DNA of 52,923 bases, from the NCBI GenBank assembly GCA_039932995.1, contig JBDTOZ010000740.1, positions 1 to 52,923 on the forward strand. The letters are read 5' to 3'. The translations under genes and the position numbers were made by a program. Below the pieces are notes generated by a model. The model was not told the DNA's origin. It saw nothing but the letters and a program-made list of their open reading frames with translations, and did no database searches. This document shows, one piece after another, positions 43,641 through 52,923 of this stretch (position 1 is its first letter; every line of letters begins with the position of its first letter). This DNA comes from Acidobacteriota bacterium. Lineage in GTDB: Bacteria > Acidobacteriota > Thermoanaerobaculia > Gp7-AA8.

Positions 43641-46469
43641 CTAGAAGAGTTTGAGGAACACTACGTTTGCCACGAACCCCTCCTGCGCATTGCGGCCGAT
43701 GGTCTTGCCGATGTCGAGGCGGAGCAGGGTGCCGTAAGGGCCGACGGTCTGGCCTGCGATCCCAAGACCTTGAAAGGGCTCCTTACTGAGGCCCGCGGTC
43801 GCGTCGTCGATGAAGGCTTGATCGTAGAAGGCCTCCATGCGGAACTGCTGGGAGAAGACGAAGCCGTAGGAGAGATGTCCGATGATGGCTTTCTCGGCAC
43901 GGACCGATCCCGACTTCACGCCGTGGACGCGTTGCGATCCGAAGAAGCCCAGCTCGTATTTCGAGAAGCGATCCAGTCTCTGACCGTCGAGATAGCCGAC
44001 GTCGATTCCGATGCGCTGAAACTTCGGCAGGAAGAAGCTCTTGCCGATCGAGCCGCCGAAACGCGTATAGGTTTTCTGATCGGGATTGTATTCAGCCGGA
44101 TCACCCCACGGCTCCCACTCGCTCCGGCGGCTGTAGTCGTAGAAGGAAGTGAGGGTGTACCCGTGCCGCGCGTAAGTGAAGCTGACCGAGGGGCTGAGCG
44201 TGAAGGTGTCGGACGGCACGACGAAGTCTGCCGCCGTGTCCTCGGAACGTTGATAGGTTGCGTGAGCGATTCCCATCGAGAAGTCGAGCTTCCCGAACTG
44301 GAAGATCGGATGTCCGACGCGGAGGGTGAGACCGAGAGGCACGTTCTTGACCGTCTCCTCCAGGTGCTCTTCGCCGTTCCGGAACATCGTGTTCGACACC
44401 GGCACGGCGATGCCGAAGAAGTCCGCGCCTACGTTCGTGCGTGTTCCTCCGACGTTGGGATGCGTTGCATTGGCCGCCACGACGACGCCGGCGAAGAAGA
44501 CGTTGGTCTGGATGCCCTTGTTGAACAGGTTGAAGTTGAAGTAGTTCAGACCGCCCAGGGGGACCACCGGGAAGTCCAGGCCCGCGTCGTGATGCACGCC
44601 CCCGAGCAGGAAGAGCTGCGAAGTGTCGAAGCCCTCCTTGACCACGCGCTCCCCGTTGCCGCGCTTCTCGAGATAGCGAAGGCCGCCTTCCGTCTCGCGG
44701 ACCATCCGCGCGTCGGACGCCGACGCGGAGGCCAGCAAAGCCTGGAACTCCTGGGGGTCGAGACGGAAGTTGGTGAAGCTCGTGGATCGCTGCACGACAT
44801 TGGCGCGTCCCGCGGCCGAGACCACCTGCTGCGCGTTCACTTCGTAAGGAAGCCAGATCAGCTCGCGCGCGTCGGTACCGGCCACTTCCGCGGAGGTGAG
44901 TGCGCTCCTGGTCGAGCGCGCGAACGGCACGAAGTCGACACGCTCTTCGTTCGACAGCACTTCGCCGGTCAGGTTCAGTTGCACCATGGAGATCCGCACG
45001 CGCGCCCAGGTCCGGCTGTCGATCCAGACCGTCCCCCGGTACAGCGGCAGGCTCTCGGGAGCGTTGGCCGGCGGGGAGAACCGCACTTCGTACACGTGAT
45101 AGCCGAGCATGTCCGTGGGACGGACCAGTTCGTACCGGTATTCGTTGGTGAGATGGATGTCCAACGGAAGCTGGGTCACCTTCTCCGGCTGAATCAGCGG
45201 CAGCTCGGGGATGCGTCCGTACTTCCACTTCACGCCGTTGATGAAGAAGTCCTGCCACACCCAATCGGCGCGGCCGGTCGGATCCGAGAAGTAGTCCCCG
45301 GAGATGGCGGCCTCGAGAGCTTCCGCGCCTCCACCGATCTCGAATCGGAGCTTGGTGGTGTTTCGGGCGATGTAGCGGGGTTGAATCGATTCTTGGTAGG
45401 CGTCGTATGCCTGATGGTTGCGGATGATCTCTTCGACGGTGATGGCGCGCGCGGTGGCGATGTCGAGGGTCTCCCGGATCGCCGACTTGTCGGTCTTCTG
45501 CGTATAGTCGACGAGGACCGCGTACGCGTCCTTGGCCGGCGGTGCGCCGACGAGGAGCCGTCCGCCCCTGCTGCCCGTATCGGTGACGTCGCGCTCTCCC
45601 GCTGCATCGATGCGCCGCGGCCGGGCGTAGCGATCGGCTGGAAGAGAGAGGATGGTCGCCGCGCCGGCATCTCCCCGGGCCACGACGAGCGTGCGCAGGT
45701 CCTCCCCGCGGACGAAGGTCAGCACGGGCATGTCCACGGGGGCACCCTTGGCGTCCAGCACGGGAACTTTGGCCGTCGAGTCATACGCCCAGTCGCCGGT
45801 CATCGTGCGGTTGAACTGCGCCAGAGCCGAAGCCGACACGGTGCCGCTCGCATAGGCCCGCGTGGCTCCTTTGGTCAGGGCCGCGGCCAGGTCGTAGAGG
45901 GCATTCGGAGCTTCGACCGGCACGACCGCGAAGATTTTCTTGGCAGGATCGCGCTCCGCAAGCCAGGCGAAGAGCTCTTCCACGCGTGGGCCGTCGACGA
46001 CGAGCGCATCGAAATACGTGTTGGCCCCGTTGTCGAACAACGCAGGAAGGCCTTCGCTCCAGGGCAGGACGATGCGCTTCGCGATCTCCAGGCCCTGCGC
46101 GGAGACGGCCAGACGTTTGATGGCGTAGGCCGTCGTGACCGGGTCGGCATTGCTGACCGCCACACCGAGTCCGTCGAACGGTCCATGGGCCTTGGCCCAG
46201 GCCAGGATGTGCTTGGTGTGCTCTTCGACATCGAGCAGAGCGTCGCCGGTGCCGGCCACGCTGTACTCGACGATGATGGTCGTCTCACCAGGGCGTGACG
46301 GGACGAAGGTCTCGAGCTCGGACTCCGCGACCCGCGCGAGAGTGTAGATGCCCGGAGAGTCCGGGGACTGATTCGTGGCCACACCGGCGCACAGGCTGCA
46401 CTCGGCGGCCTGGGCGGGAAATTGCAGAAGGGCGGCCAGAAGAAAGACGACGATCAAGAGCTTTTGCAT
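43641..46469 (-). CDS. large outer-membrane protein: unknown N-terminal domain, LolA-like middle domain and Omp85-type beta-barrel
   Basis: ATG 46469 and signal peptide MQKLLIVVFLLAALLQFPAQA. The middle segment YHVYEVRFSPP...LPLYRGTVWIDSRTWARVR resembles lipoprotein-sorting/LolA-like domains. The C-terminal alternating beta pattern has an FFGSQRVHGV (VRGY-like) loop and a terminal F. Confidence 0.6.
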   Translation of the reverse strand: MQKLLIVVFLLAALLQFPAQAAECSLCAGVATNQSPDSPGIYTLARVAESELETFVPSRPGETTIIVEYSVAGTGDALLDVEEHTKHILAWAKAHGPFDGLGVAVSNADPVTTAYAIKRLAVSAQGLEIAKRIVLPWSEGLPALFDNGANTYFDALVVDGPRVEELFAWLAERDPAKKIFAVVPVEAPNALYDLAAALTKGATRAYASGTVSASALAQFNRTMTGDWAYDSTAKVPVLDAKGAPVDMPVLTFVRGEDLRTLVVARGDAGAATILSLPADRYARPRRIDAAGERDVTDTGSRGGRLLVGAPPAKDAYAVLVDYTQKTDKSAIRETLDIATARAITVEEIIRNHQAYDAYQESIQPRYIARNTTKLRFEIGGGAEALEAAISGDYFSDPTGRADWVWQDFFINGVKWKYGRIPELPLIQPEKVTQLPLDIHLTNEYRYELVRPTDMLGYHVYEVRFSPPANAPESLPLYRGTVWIDSRTWARVRISMVQLNLTGEVLSNEERVDFVPFARSTRSALTSAEVAGTDARELIWLPYEVNAQQVVSAAGRANVVQRSTSFTNFRLDPQEFQALLASASASDARMVRETEGGLRYLEKRGNGERVVKEGFDTSQLFLLGGVHHDAGLDFPVVPLGGLNYFNFNLFNKGIQTNVFFAGVVVAANATHPNVGGTRTNVGADFFGIAVPVSNTMFRNGEEHLEETVKNVPLGLTLRVGHPIFQFGKLDFSMGIAHATYQRSEDTAADFVVPSDTFTLSPSVSFTYARHGYTLTSFYDYSRRSEWEPWGDPAEYNPDQKTYTRFGGSIGKSFFLPKFQRIGIDVGYLDGQRLDRFSKYELGFFGSQRVHGVKSGSVRAEKAIIGHLSYGFVFSQQFRMEAFYDQAFIDDATAGLSKEPFQGLGIAGQTVGPYGTLLRLDIGKTIGRNAQEGFVANVVFLKLF

Positions 46470-46598
46470 AGTTGGACTCGGATACGAGGCGGAGACGAGT
46501 GCTGCTCGCCGCGAGGGTGACCAGCGGCCCCCGTTCTCAACGCGCAGCACCGACCTTCCCATGTGACGGCGAGTTGAACGCCCCATCTACAGCCGAAA

Positions 46599-47486
46599 TT
46601 GCCAGCCAGGGCCACGCTTTTTCTGAACCGTAACGCCGGTGCGAGGCTCCCTCCGGGGGAGTTGGACGCGTTGCGTGCGGCCGCGCGAGATGCGGATGTC
46701 GAGATCGTCGAGCTGTCGGCGGCCATCGATTGCGCGGCGGAGATCCGTGATCGGATCCGGCGGGGCATCACGACCTTCATCGCGGCCGGAGGAGATGGGA
46801 CTGTGAATCACGTGCTGCAGGCCGTGGTTCACACCGAGGCCCGGCTGGCAGTGCTACCGCTCGGAACGTACAACCATTTCGCCCGCGACCTCGGCATTCC
46901 GCTGACCTGGCGGGACGCTTTGGCGGTCGCGCTCACGGGCGAGTCGCGGCAGATCGACACGGGACGCGTCAACGACCGTTTCTTCATCAACAACGTCTCG
47001 CTCGGTCTCTATCCCGAACTGGTGGCGCGCCGCGAGGAACGGGGTCGCGACTACCCGCGCTGGAAAGCACGCCTTTACGCCTTCTACACCACGCTCCGGA
47101 AGTATCCCCACGTCCATCTGGCCGTGGAGGCCGAGCATCATCACGAGAGCATCCGCACCCACCTCTTCATGGTCTCGAACAATCCGTACGAGTTGGAGCG
47201 GTTTGGTGTGGAGGCGCCCAGGAGCTCGCTCACCCAGGGCCGCCTCTCGGTCTACTGGCTTCCGCACATGTCGCGGTGGCGGCTCATGAGGATGGCCGCG
47301 CGCTACGCGGCCGGCCGGGTGCGCACGATTCCGGGGTTTCGTTCCTTCCGCACCCTCCGCCTGCGCGTGCAGTCGTCCCGTCCGGAAGTGAAAGTGGGCA
47401 TCGACGGGGAGTTGTTCGCGCTGGCCACACCGCTGATCGTGACGACTGTTCCGCAGTCGCTCCTGGTACGCGTGCCGCGCGGCTGA
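46599..47486 (+). CDS. diacylglycerol/lipid kinase family protein (YegS/BmrU-like)
   Basis: AAGGDGTVNHVLQAV and LGTYNHFARDLG motifs. TTG start. Confidence 0.8.
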   Translation: MPARATLFLNRNAGARLPPGELDALRAAARDADVEIVELSAAIDCAAEIRDRIRRGITTFIAAGGDGTVNHVLQAVVHTEARLAVLPLGTYNHFARDLGIPLTWRDALAVALTGESRQIDTGRVNDRFFINNVSLGLYPELVARREERGRDYPRWKARLYAFYTTLRKYPHVHLAVEAEHHHESIRTHLFMVSNNPYELERFGVEAPRSSLTQGRLSVYWLPHMSRWRLMRMAARYAAGRVRTIPGFRSFRTLRLRVQSSRPEVKVGIDGELFALATPLIVTTVPQSLLVRVPRG

Positions 47487-47819
47487 GCGGGTTCGATCCA
47501 TCCGCTCTTCGCTCTCGGTCCGGTGACGGGTGCGCGTCGTCGTCGTTACCAAAATCCACCCAGGGGTTACCGAATGGCGAAGGCTCTGTTGGGTGACCCT
47601 TCGCCGGTTCTCCGGATGGACGCCACCATAAAAATGAATTGACGAGTGGTGTGATTCTGCGTAACTGTAAGGGAACACATATATTTTTCGCGTCTCTCGC
47701 ATGGTGAGAGAGATGCATTTCCTCCCCGAACCAACGTCCTCGGTGTGATGGGGTTGAGTGAACCTCCAGTTACGTTTTCGTTCAGGCCCGGTAACAGAAA
47801 ATTCGAAAGGACCGAACAC

Positions 47820-50813
47820 ATGATGGCGAGATCCGTCCGCAGCTTTGCATTTTTCACCGTCCTCCTCCTCCTCGTAGCTCTTCCCATGTTCGGGCAAGGT
47901 ACTTCGGGGTCCTTGACCGGAACGATCATTCATCAGGGGTCACCCCTTCCCGGCGTCACGGTGACGATCTCTTCCCCTGCCATGCAGGGAACGAAGACCG
48001 CGATCTCGAACGAGGCCGGCGATTACAACTTCGCGGCGCTCCCGCCAGGTCAGTACACCGTGAAGGCGGAGATGGAAGGGATGCAGCCGGCGACGAGCTC
48101 CATGCGCGTCAACCTGGCGCAGACCTCGCGCGTGGACTTGGAGCTCAGTCTGAGCGCGATGTCCGAGGCCATCACGGTCACCGCGGAATCGAACGCCGTC
48201 ATGGAGACGACGGAGGTGCAGTCGAACTACACGGCTGAGCTCATTGCGAACCTTCCGATCGGACGCACGCTCGTGGCCACGACGCAACTCGCCCCGGGTG
48301 TGGTCGCGGGGGTGAACGGTCTGGCGATCTCCGGCTCCAATTCGTACGACAACCTCTGGACCGTCAACGGTGCCGTGGTCAACGAGAACATCCGCGGCCA
48401 ACCGCACAACCTCTTCATCGAGGACGCCATTCAGGAGACGACCATCCAGACCGGCGGAGTCTCCGCGGAGTACGGCAATTTCACCGGCGGCGTGATCAAC
48501 GCCATCACGAAGTCCGGTGGCAACGAATTCAGCGGCTCGTTCCGCGACAGCTTGACGAACCCGGCCTGGACGGCCGACTCCTCATTCAGAAACCCCACCA
48601 CCGGCGCTCCGCCGGCCCGTCCGCCCGACCAGTTGAACGAGACGTATGAAGCCACCCTCGGCGGGCGGATTCTTCGGGACCGGCTCTGGTTCTTCCTGGC
48701 CGGCCGTCAGGCCGACACCGCCAACGTGCGGAACTTCTCGAACAGCGAAACGACGTTCGTCAACACCATCAAGGACGAGCGACTCGAGGTCAAGCTCACC
48801 GGCGCGATCACTCCGAATCACTCGATCATCGGTTCCTACCTCGAGGCTCCCGTGGACGAGGCGAACAACTGCCAGATCGGATGCTTCGACGTCTCCACGC
48901 TCAACCCCTCACGCAGCCTGCCCAACGATTTCAAGTCCGCGCACTACAACGGACTGTTCGGCAGCGGCTTTCTCGCCGAGGTGCGCTACTCCGAGAAGAG
49001 TTTCCAGTTCGTGAATTCCGGCGGTCTGGACAAGGACCTGGCCACCGGAACGCCGGTCCGTTTGGTGGCCCCCGGTTTCGGGACAGTGACCAATGAGCCG
49101 TATTTCTGCGGTTCGTGCGGTCCTGAGGACCGCAACAACAAGTCCTTTGCGGTCAAGGGGACGTATTTCCTCGGGACCAAGGGCATGGGCACGCACAACA
49201 TCGTGGCCGGCGGCGAACGGTTCCATGAGGACCGCCTGTCGAACAACTATCAGTCGCCGACCAATTTCGTCGGTTTCTTCCGCAGCTTCGCTCCCACCCG
49301 CGACGCCAGCGGCAACACGCTGATCTCGGTCGGCAACAACGACATCCTCATCTATTTCCCGATCCTGCAATTGTCCGAGGGATCCGATCTGAATACGAAC
49401 GGCTACTACGTCAACGACAAGTGGGACCTGAACGACAAGTGGTCGTTCCAGATCGGCGCCCGCTACGACAAGAACGATTCGAAGGACAGCGCCGGCAACG
49501 TCACGGCCAGCGACGACAAGGTCAGCCCCCGTCTCGGCCTCAACTACGACATCTTCGGGAACGGACGCCTTCGCCTGAATGCGAGCTACGGCGTTTACGT
49601 CAACCGTCTGTCGGAAGGCGTCTCCGGCGCCGGTTCCGCCGCCGGAAATCCGGCCACGTTCCAGTACCTCTACGGCGGCACTCCGATCACCAACAAGCCG
49701 CCCGCCGAGGCCATGGCCACGGTCTTTGCGTGGCTCGCCGGCGCCGGCGGTCTCAGCGCGCTCTCTCCCTGCTCCGCAGCCCAGCCCACCGGGTGTCTGC
49801 TCAGCTCATCCGTCCCGGGCTTCAACTCCAAGCTTGCGGGCAAGCTCGTCTCGCCGAGTGTCGACGAGTACACGCTCGGCGCCGGCACGCAGATCGGCTC
49901 CGGTTTCCTCCGCGCGGACTACATCCATCGGGATTGGCAGGACTTCTATACGCAGCAGGCCAGTCTGGCCATCGGTAACGTGACCAGCTCCACCGGTGCC
50001 CGTGCCGATCTCCTGCTGACCGGCAACTCCGATGATTTCGAGCGCAGCTACGATGCGATCGAGCTGCAGGGCCAGTATCGCCTGCTGAGCCGCATCAACA
50101 TCGGCGCGAACTACACCTGGTCCGAGCTCAAAGGCAACATCGTCGGCGAAACCACGGCCCTCGGCCCGGCCAGCGTCGGCGGACGTGATTTCTATGCCGA
50201 GTACCTTGGATTCCCGCAGAACAATCCATCCGGCTTCCTTCCCCAGGACCAGACCCACAAAGCGCGCGTCTGGGCCGGTATCGATATCCCGTCGATGATC
50301 GGCGACTTCAACGTCAGCGTTCTCGAGCGTTTCGATTCAGGGCAGCGGTACTCGCTGACCGGCTCGGTCAATCCGACCTTCAACGCCAACTTCTACGGAG
50401 CGGGCCTGCCGGGCGGAATCGTCAACCCCGGTTACGTCAGCACGCAGACCGCGGCCACTTATTACTTCAGCGACCGCGGTGAGTTCCGCTTCGACAATCT
50501 GACGGCCACTGACCTGGCGCTGAACTATGTGACCAAGCCGGGCTGGCTGTTCGGTGCGCAGGTCTTCGTGCAGAGTGAAGTGATCAACCTCCTCGATGAG
50601 GATGCGCTGATCGCGTTCGACACGTCCGTCCTGACCGCCAGCAATGACGCGTCCCTGAAGCGCTTCAATCCGAAGGCCGGGGACGTTCCGGTGGAAGGCG
50701 TTCATTGGAGGAAGGGGCCGAACTTCGGCAAGGCCACGGCCGACTACACCGCGACCATCCCCCACGTTCAGCAGCCCCGCACCTACCGTCTCTCGCTCGG
50801 CGTTCGTTTCTAA
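47820..50813 (+). CDS. TonB-dependent receptor with N-terminal carboxypeptidase-regulatory-like domain
   Basis: ATG 47820 and signal peptide MMARSVRSFAFFTVLLLLVALPMFGQG. CarboxypepD_reg segment GTIIHQGSPLPGVTVTISS...EAGDYNFAALPPGQYTV. Long beta-rich barrel ending YRLSLGVRF. Confidence 0.85.
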   Translation: MMARSVRSFAFFTVLLLLVALPMFGQGTSGSLTGTIIHQGSPLPGVTVTISSPAMQGTKTAISNEAGDYNFAALPPGQYTVKAEMEGMQPATSSMRVNLAQTSRVDLELSLSAMSEAITVTAESNAVMETTEVQSNYTAELIANLPIGRTLVATTQLAPGVVAGVNGLAISGSNSYDNLWTVNGAVVNENIRGQPHNLFIEDAIQETTIQTGGVSAEYGNFTGGVINAITKSGGNEFSGSFRDSLTNPAWTADSSFRNPTTGAPPARPPDQLNETYEATLGGRILRDRLWFFLAGRQADTANVRNFSNSETTFVNTIKDERLEVKLTGAITPNHSIIGSYLEAPVDEANNCQIGCFDVSTLNPSRSLPNDFKSAHYNGLFGSGFLAEVRYSEKSFQFVNSGGLDKDLATGTPVRLVAPGFGTVTNEPYFCGSCGPEDRNNKSFAVKGTYFLGTKGMGTHNIVAGGERFHEDRLSNNYQSPTNFVGFFRSFAPTRDASGNTLISVGNNDILIYFPILQLSEGSDLNTNGYYVNDKWDLNDKWSFQIGARYDKNDSKDSAGNVTASDDKVSPRLGLNYDIFGNGRLRLNASYGVYVNRLSEGVSGAGSAAGNPATFQYLYGGTPITNKPPAEAMATVFAWLAGAGGLSALSPCSAAQPTGCLLSSSVPGFNSKLAGKLVSPSVDEYTLGAGTQIGSGFLRADYIHRDWQDFYTQQASLAIGNVTSSTGARADLLLTGNSDDFERSYDAIELQGQYRLLSRINIGANYTWSELKGNIVGETTALGPASVGGRDFYAEYLGFPQNNPSGFLPQDQTHKARVWAGIDIPSMIGDFNVSVLERFDSGQRYSLTGSVNPTFNANFYGAGLPGGIVNPGYVSTQTAATYYFSDRGEFRFDNLTATDLALNYVTKPGWLFGAQVFVQSEVINLLDEDALIAFDTSVLTASNDASLKRFNPKAGDVPVEGVHWRKGPNFGKATADYTATIPHVQQPRTYRLSLGVRF

Positions 50814-50835
50814 GCGGGTTCGCATCGTTCGACGA

Positions 50836-50866
50836 AGCCCCGGCGCCAAGCCGGGGCTTTTTCTTT
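50836..50866 (+). terminator. intrinsic terminator after the TonB-dependent receptor gene
   Basis: AGCCCCGGC-gccaa-GCCGGGGCT followed by TTTTTCTTT. Confidence 0.8.
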
Positions 50867-50984
50867 GACGCCCGCTCCGCCCCGGACGCCGGAGTAGAAT
50901 TCCGGCGGCGTTCCTGCAACGAAGGTTCCCCTAGGATGGATCCGCGATGAAGAAGAAGCCGGGTCCGTCTCCCGATCTCTGACG

Positions 50985-52724
50985 ATGGCCGGTATTTTCG
51001 ATAGCGTAGTCGACCCGAACGTGCAGGCACTGCTGCGGCGTGAGCAACGTCTGCTGGTCGAGCTGCGCGAGACGTTCGAGCACGAGCAGGCCGACGAACG
51101 TCGCCGCGTCGAGGATCTGCTCGCCACACTCGAGGATCTGTTCACGATCGTGGTGGTCGGCGAGTTCAACGCCGGCAAGTCGTCGCTGATCAACGCCCTC
51201 TTCGGTGAGAAGCTTCGCGTGGAAGGTCCGATCCCGGTCGACGATGTCATCTCGGTCCTCCGCCACGGCGAACAGGCCACCCAGAAGCGTCTGTCCGATT
51301 ATGTGGTCGAGCAGTCTTATCCGGTCGAGTTCCTGCGGAACATCACCTTGGTGGACACTCCCGGCACCAACTCCATCGTGCAGCGGCATCAGGAGATCAC
51401 CGAGGACTACATCCCCCGGGCGGACCTGATCCTGTTCGTGACCTCCATCGACCGGCCGCTCTCGGAGTCCGAGCGGCGCTTTCTCGAGTACATCCGCGAG
51501 TGGGGCAAGAAGGTCGTCTTCGTGCTCAACAAGATCGATACGAAGAGCGAGGAAGAGGTCGCGCAGGTGGTCGAGTATCTGACGACCCATGTGCGGGCCA
51601 TCTTCGGGTTCGATCCGGTCATCCATCCGGTGGCGGCCAAGCCGGCGCTGGAGTCGAAGCTGGGCAACGCCTCCCCGCGCGAATGGACGCGCAGCCGTTT
51701 CGAAGCCCTCGAGGACTACATCTTTCACGTGCTCTCGGAGAAGGAGCGCGTGCGCATCAAGCTCACCGCCCCCCTGGACGTCATCGTCAGCCTGGCCAAA
51801 AAGCAGTTCCGGATGATCGAGTCGCGCCGGGAAGTGCTGGCCACGGACAAGGTTCGCATCGACGGGATCAACGATCAATTGGAGAGAGCCCGGGCCGATC
51901 TGGCGGGCAACTTCCGGCAGTTCGTCGTGCGCATCGATAACCTGCTGCTGGACCTGGAGCGCCGCGGCCTGGAATTTCTCGACCGCTACGTGCGCATCCA
52001 GCACGTGATGATGCTCCGCGATGCCTCGCGTTTCCGCGAGGAGTTCGAACGGCAGGTGTTCCAGGGCTGGAAGGGGAACATCGACACGACCATCCAGGAA
52101 GCGGTGGATTGGCTGGTGAAGGAGAACCTCAAGCTCTGGAATGGGACGGTGGATGCGTTCCACCGGCGCGCCGAGGCGGACGCCAAGAATGACGAGGTCA
52201 TCGGACGCGTGGGCCGGGAGTTCGCCTACAACCGGGAAGAGGTCTACGCCCGCATGCGCCGCAACGCGGAGCAGCGACTCTCCTCGTACGACGTGAATGT
52301 GGAGAGCCGCCGCATCATCGACAACGCCATGCGCGCCGTCCTGCACTCGTTCGGCCTCGGCGCCGGAGCACTCGGTCTCGGCTACCTGCTCACCACCGCG
52401 GTCAGCAGCACCGCCGTGGACGTGACCGGCCTCACCGCCGCGACCATGCTCCTCGTGACCAGCTTCCTCATCCTTCCGTACAAGCGCACCAAGGCCAAAG
52501 AAGAGTTCCGGCGCCGGATCGAGGAGCTCCGTACGCACCTGCAGGAATCGCTCGACCGCGAGTCCACCATCGAGATCGACCGCATGCTTCGGGGCATCAC
52601 CAGCGCATTCGAGCCCTACCAGCGTTTCTACGCCGCCGAATCCGAGAAGATCGAGCGCTTTGCCGAAAAGCTCACGAAGATCGAAAAGGAAACCAACGAG
52701 ATCATGGCGTTAGCGGGGGTGTGA
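50985..52724 (+). CDS. bacterial dynamin-like GTPase
   Basis: G1 GEFNAGKSSLINAL, G3 DTPGTNS and G4 LNKID. Hydrophobic paddle GLGAGALGLGYLLTTAV...LTAATMLLVTSFLILPY near the C-terminus. Confidence 0.85.
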   Translation: MAGIFDSVVDPNVQALLRREQRLLVELRETFEHEQADERRRVEDLLATLEDLFTIVVVGEFNAGKSSLINALFGEKLRVEGPIPVDDVISVLRHGEQATQKRLSDYVVEQSYPVEFLRNITLVDTPGTNSIVQRHQEITEDYIPRADLILFVTSIDRPLSESERRFLEYIREWGKKVVFVLNKIDTKSEEEVAQVVEYLTTHVRAIFGFDPVIHPVAAKPALESKLGNASPREWTRSRFEALEDYIFHVLSEKERVRIKLTAPLDVIVSLAKKQFRMIESRREVLATDKVRIDGINDQLERARADLAGNFRQFVVRIDNLLLDLERRGLEFLDRYVRIQHVMMLRDASRFREEFERQVFQGWKGNIDTTIQEAVDWLVKENLKLWNGTVDAFHRRAEADAKNDEVIGRVGREFAYNREEVYARMRRNAEQRLSSYDVNVESRRIIDNAMRAVLHSFGLGAGALGLGYLLTTAVSSTAVDVTGLTAATMLLVTSFLILPYKRTKAKEEFRRRIEELRTHLQESLDRESTIEIDRMLRGITSAFEPYQRFYAAESEKIERFAEKLTKIEKETNEIMALAGV

Positions 52725-52748
52725 ACGCGCTGAGCGTCGAGTGAAGGA

Positions 52749-52891
52749 GCCTCGGCGGCGAGACGCCGCCGGGCCAGCCGGCGGGACGCCAGCGTTCCGA
52801 GAAGCAGCGTTCCGAGGCGCCGTTCCGGCAGCGTCTCCGCGGGAGCGCCGGCGTCTCGCCGGCTGGCCCGGCGGCGTCTCGCCGCCGAGGC
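52749..52891. repeat. 42-bp inverted repeat (41/42 complementary) with a 59-nt spacer containing direct repeats
   Basis: GCCTCGGCGGCGAGACGCCGCCGGGCCAGCCGGCGGGACGCC (52749-52790) versus GGCGTCTCGCCGGCTGGCCCGGCGGCGTCTCGCCGCCGAGGC (52850-52891). The spacer carries AGCGTTCCGAG twice. Confidence 0.9.
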
Positions 52892-52923
52892 CCGCAGCCA
52901 CGCCAACAACCCGCAGCGCCAGG

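Noticed and set aside
47489-47499. GGGTTCGATCC, a tRNA T-arm-like motif just after the lipid kinase stop. It might be a tRNA or an integration-site remnant.
   Set aside because: Flanking sequence does not form an acceptor stem, anticodon arm or D arm. Only a 5-6-bp local hairpin (GAGCGG...CCGCTC) is present. No integrase or direct repeat lies nearby.

Overview
This is a GC-rich bacterial chromosomal segment. The gene content and a CarboxypepD_reg-type TonB receptor suggest an Acidobacteriota-like diderm, but that taxon is inference only.

**Gene content by region**
- **70-17021 (+):** a complete division/cell-wall (dcw) cluster, rsmH-ftsL-ftsI-murE-murF-mraY-murD-ftsW-murG-murC-ftsQ-ftsA-ftsZ. 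It has no murB or ddl.
- **17.2-24.6 kb:** a very compact, strand-alternating glycan-modification island. It holds a GT-C-like membrane protein, a PhyH dioxygenase, two SAM methyltransferases, a membrane-anchored GT2, a WbqC-like protein, a beta-propeller GH-like protein and a WecE-type sugar aminotransferase.
- **24.8-26.5 kb:** an orphan secreted tail-fibre-like protein with a peptidase-S74 chaperone domain.
- **26.7-34.9 kb:** guaA, an HU/IHF gene, an S4-domain gene, and the elongasome cluster mreB-mreC-mreD-mrdA-rodA on the minus strand.
- **35-52.7 kb:** a FecR-like anchor protein, ppiD, an acyl-CoA thioesterase, rarA, a threonine dehydratase, a secreted 4x Ig-like repeat protein, a large Omp85-like outer-membrane protein, a lipid kinase, a TonB-dependent receptor and a dynamin-like GTPase.

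**Most unusual signal**
The most unusual signal is non-coding. Almost every intergenic gap of the dcw and mre operons, and several other gaps, is filled by hairpins whose arms are tandem arrays of 7-nt or 8-nt units. There are several unit classes. One nested element occurs twice with a conserved core. I cannot match this architecture to a described element family.

**Limits**
All protein calls rest on motifs read by eye from the ORF track. No database search was run. Many long antisense ORFs in the track are GC-driven artefacts.
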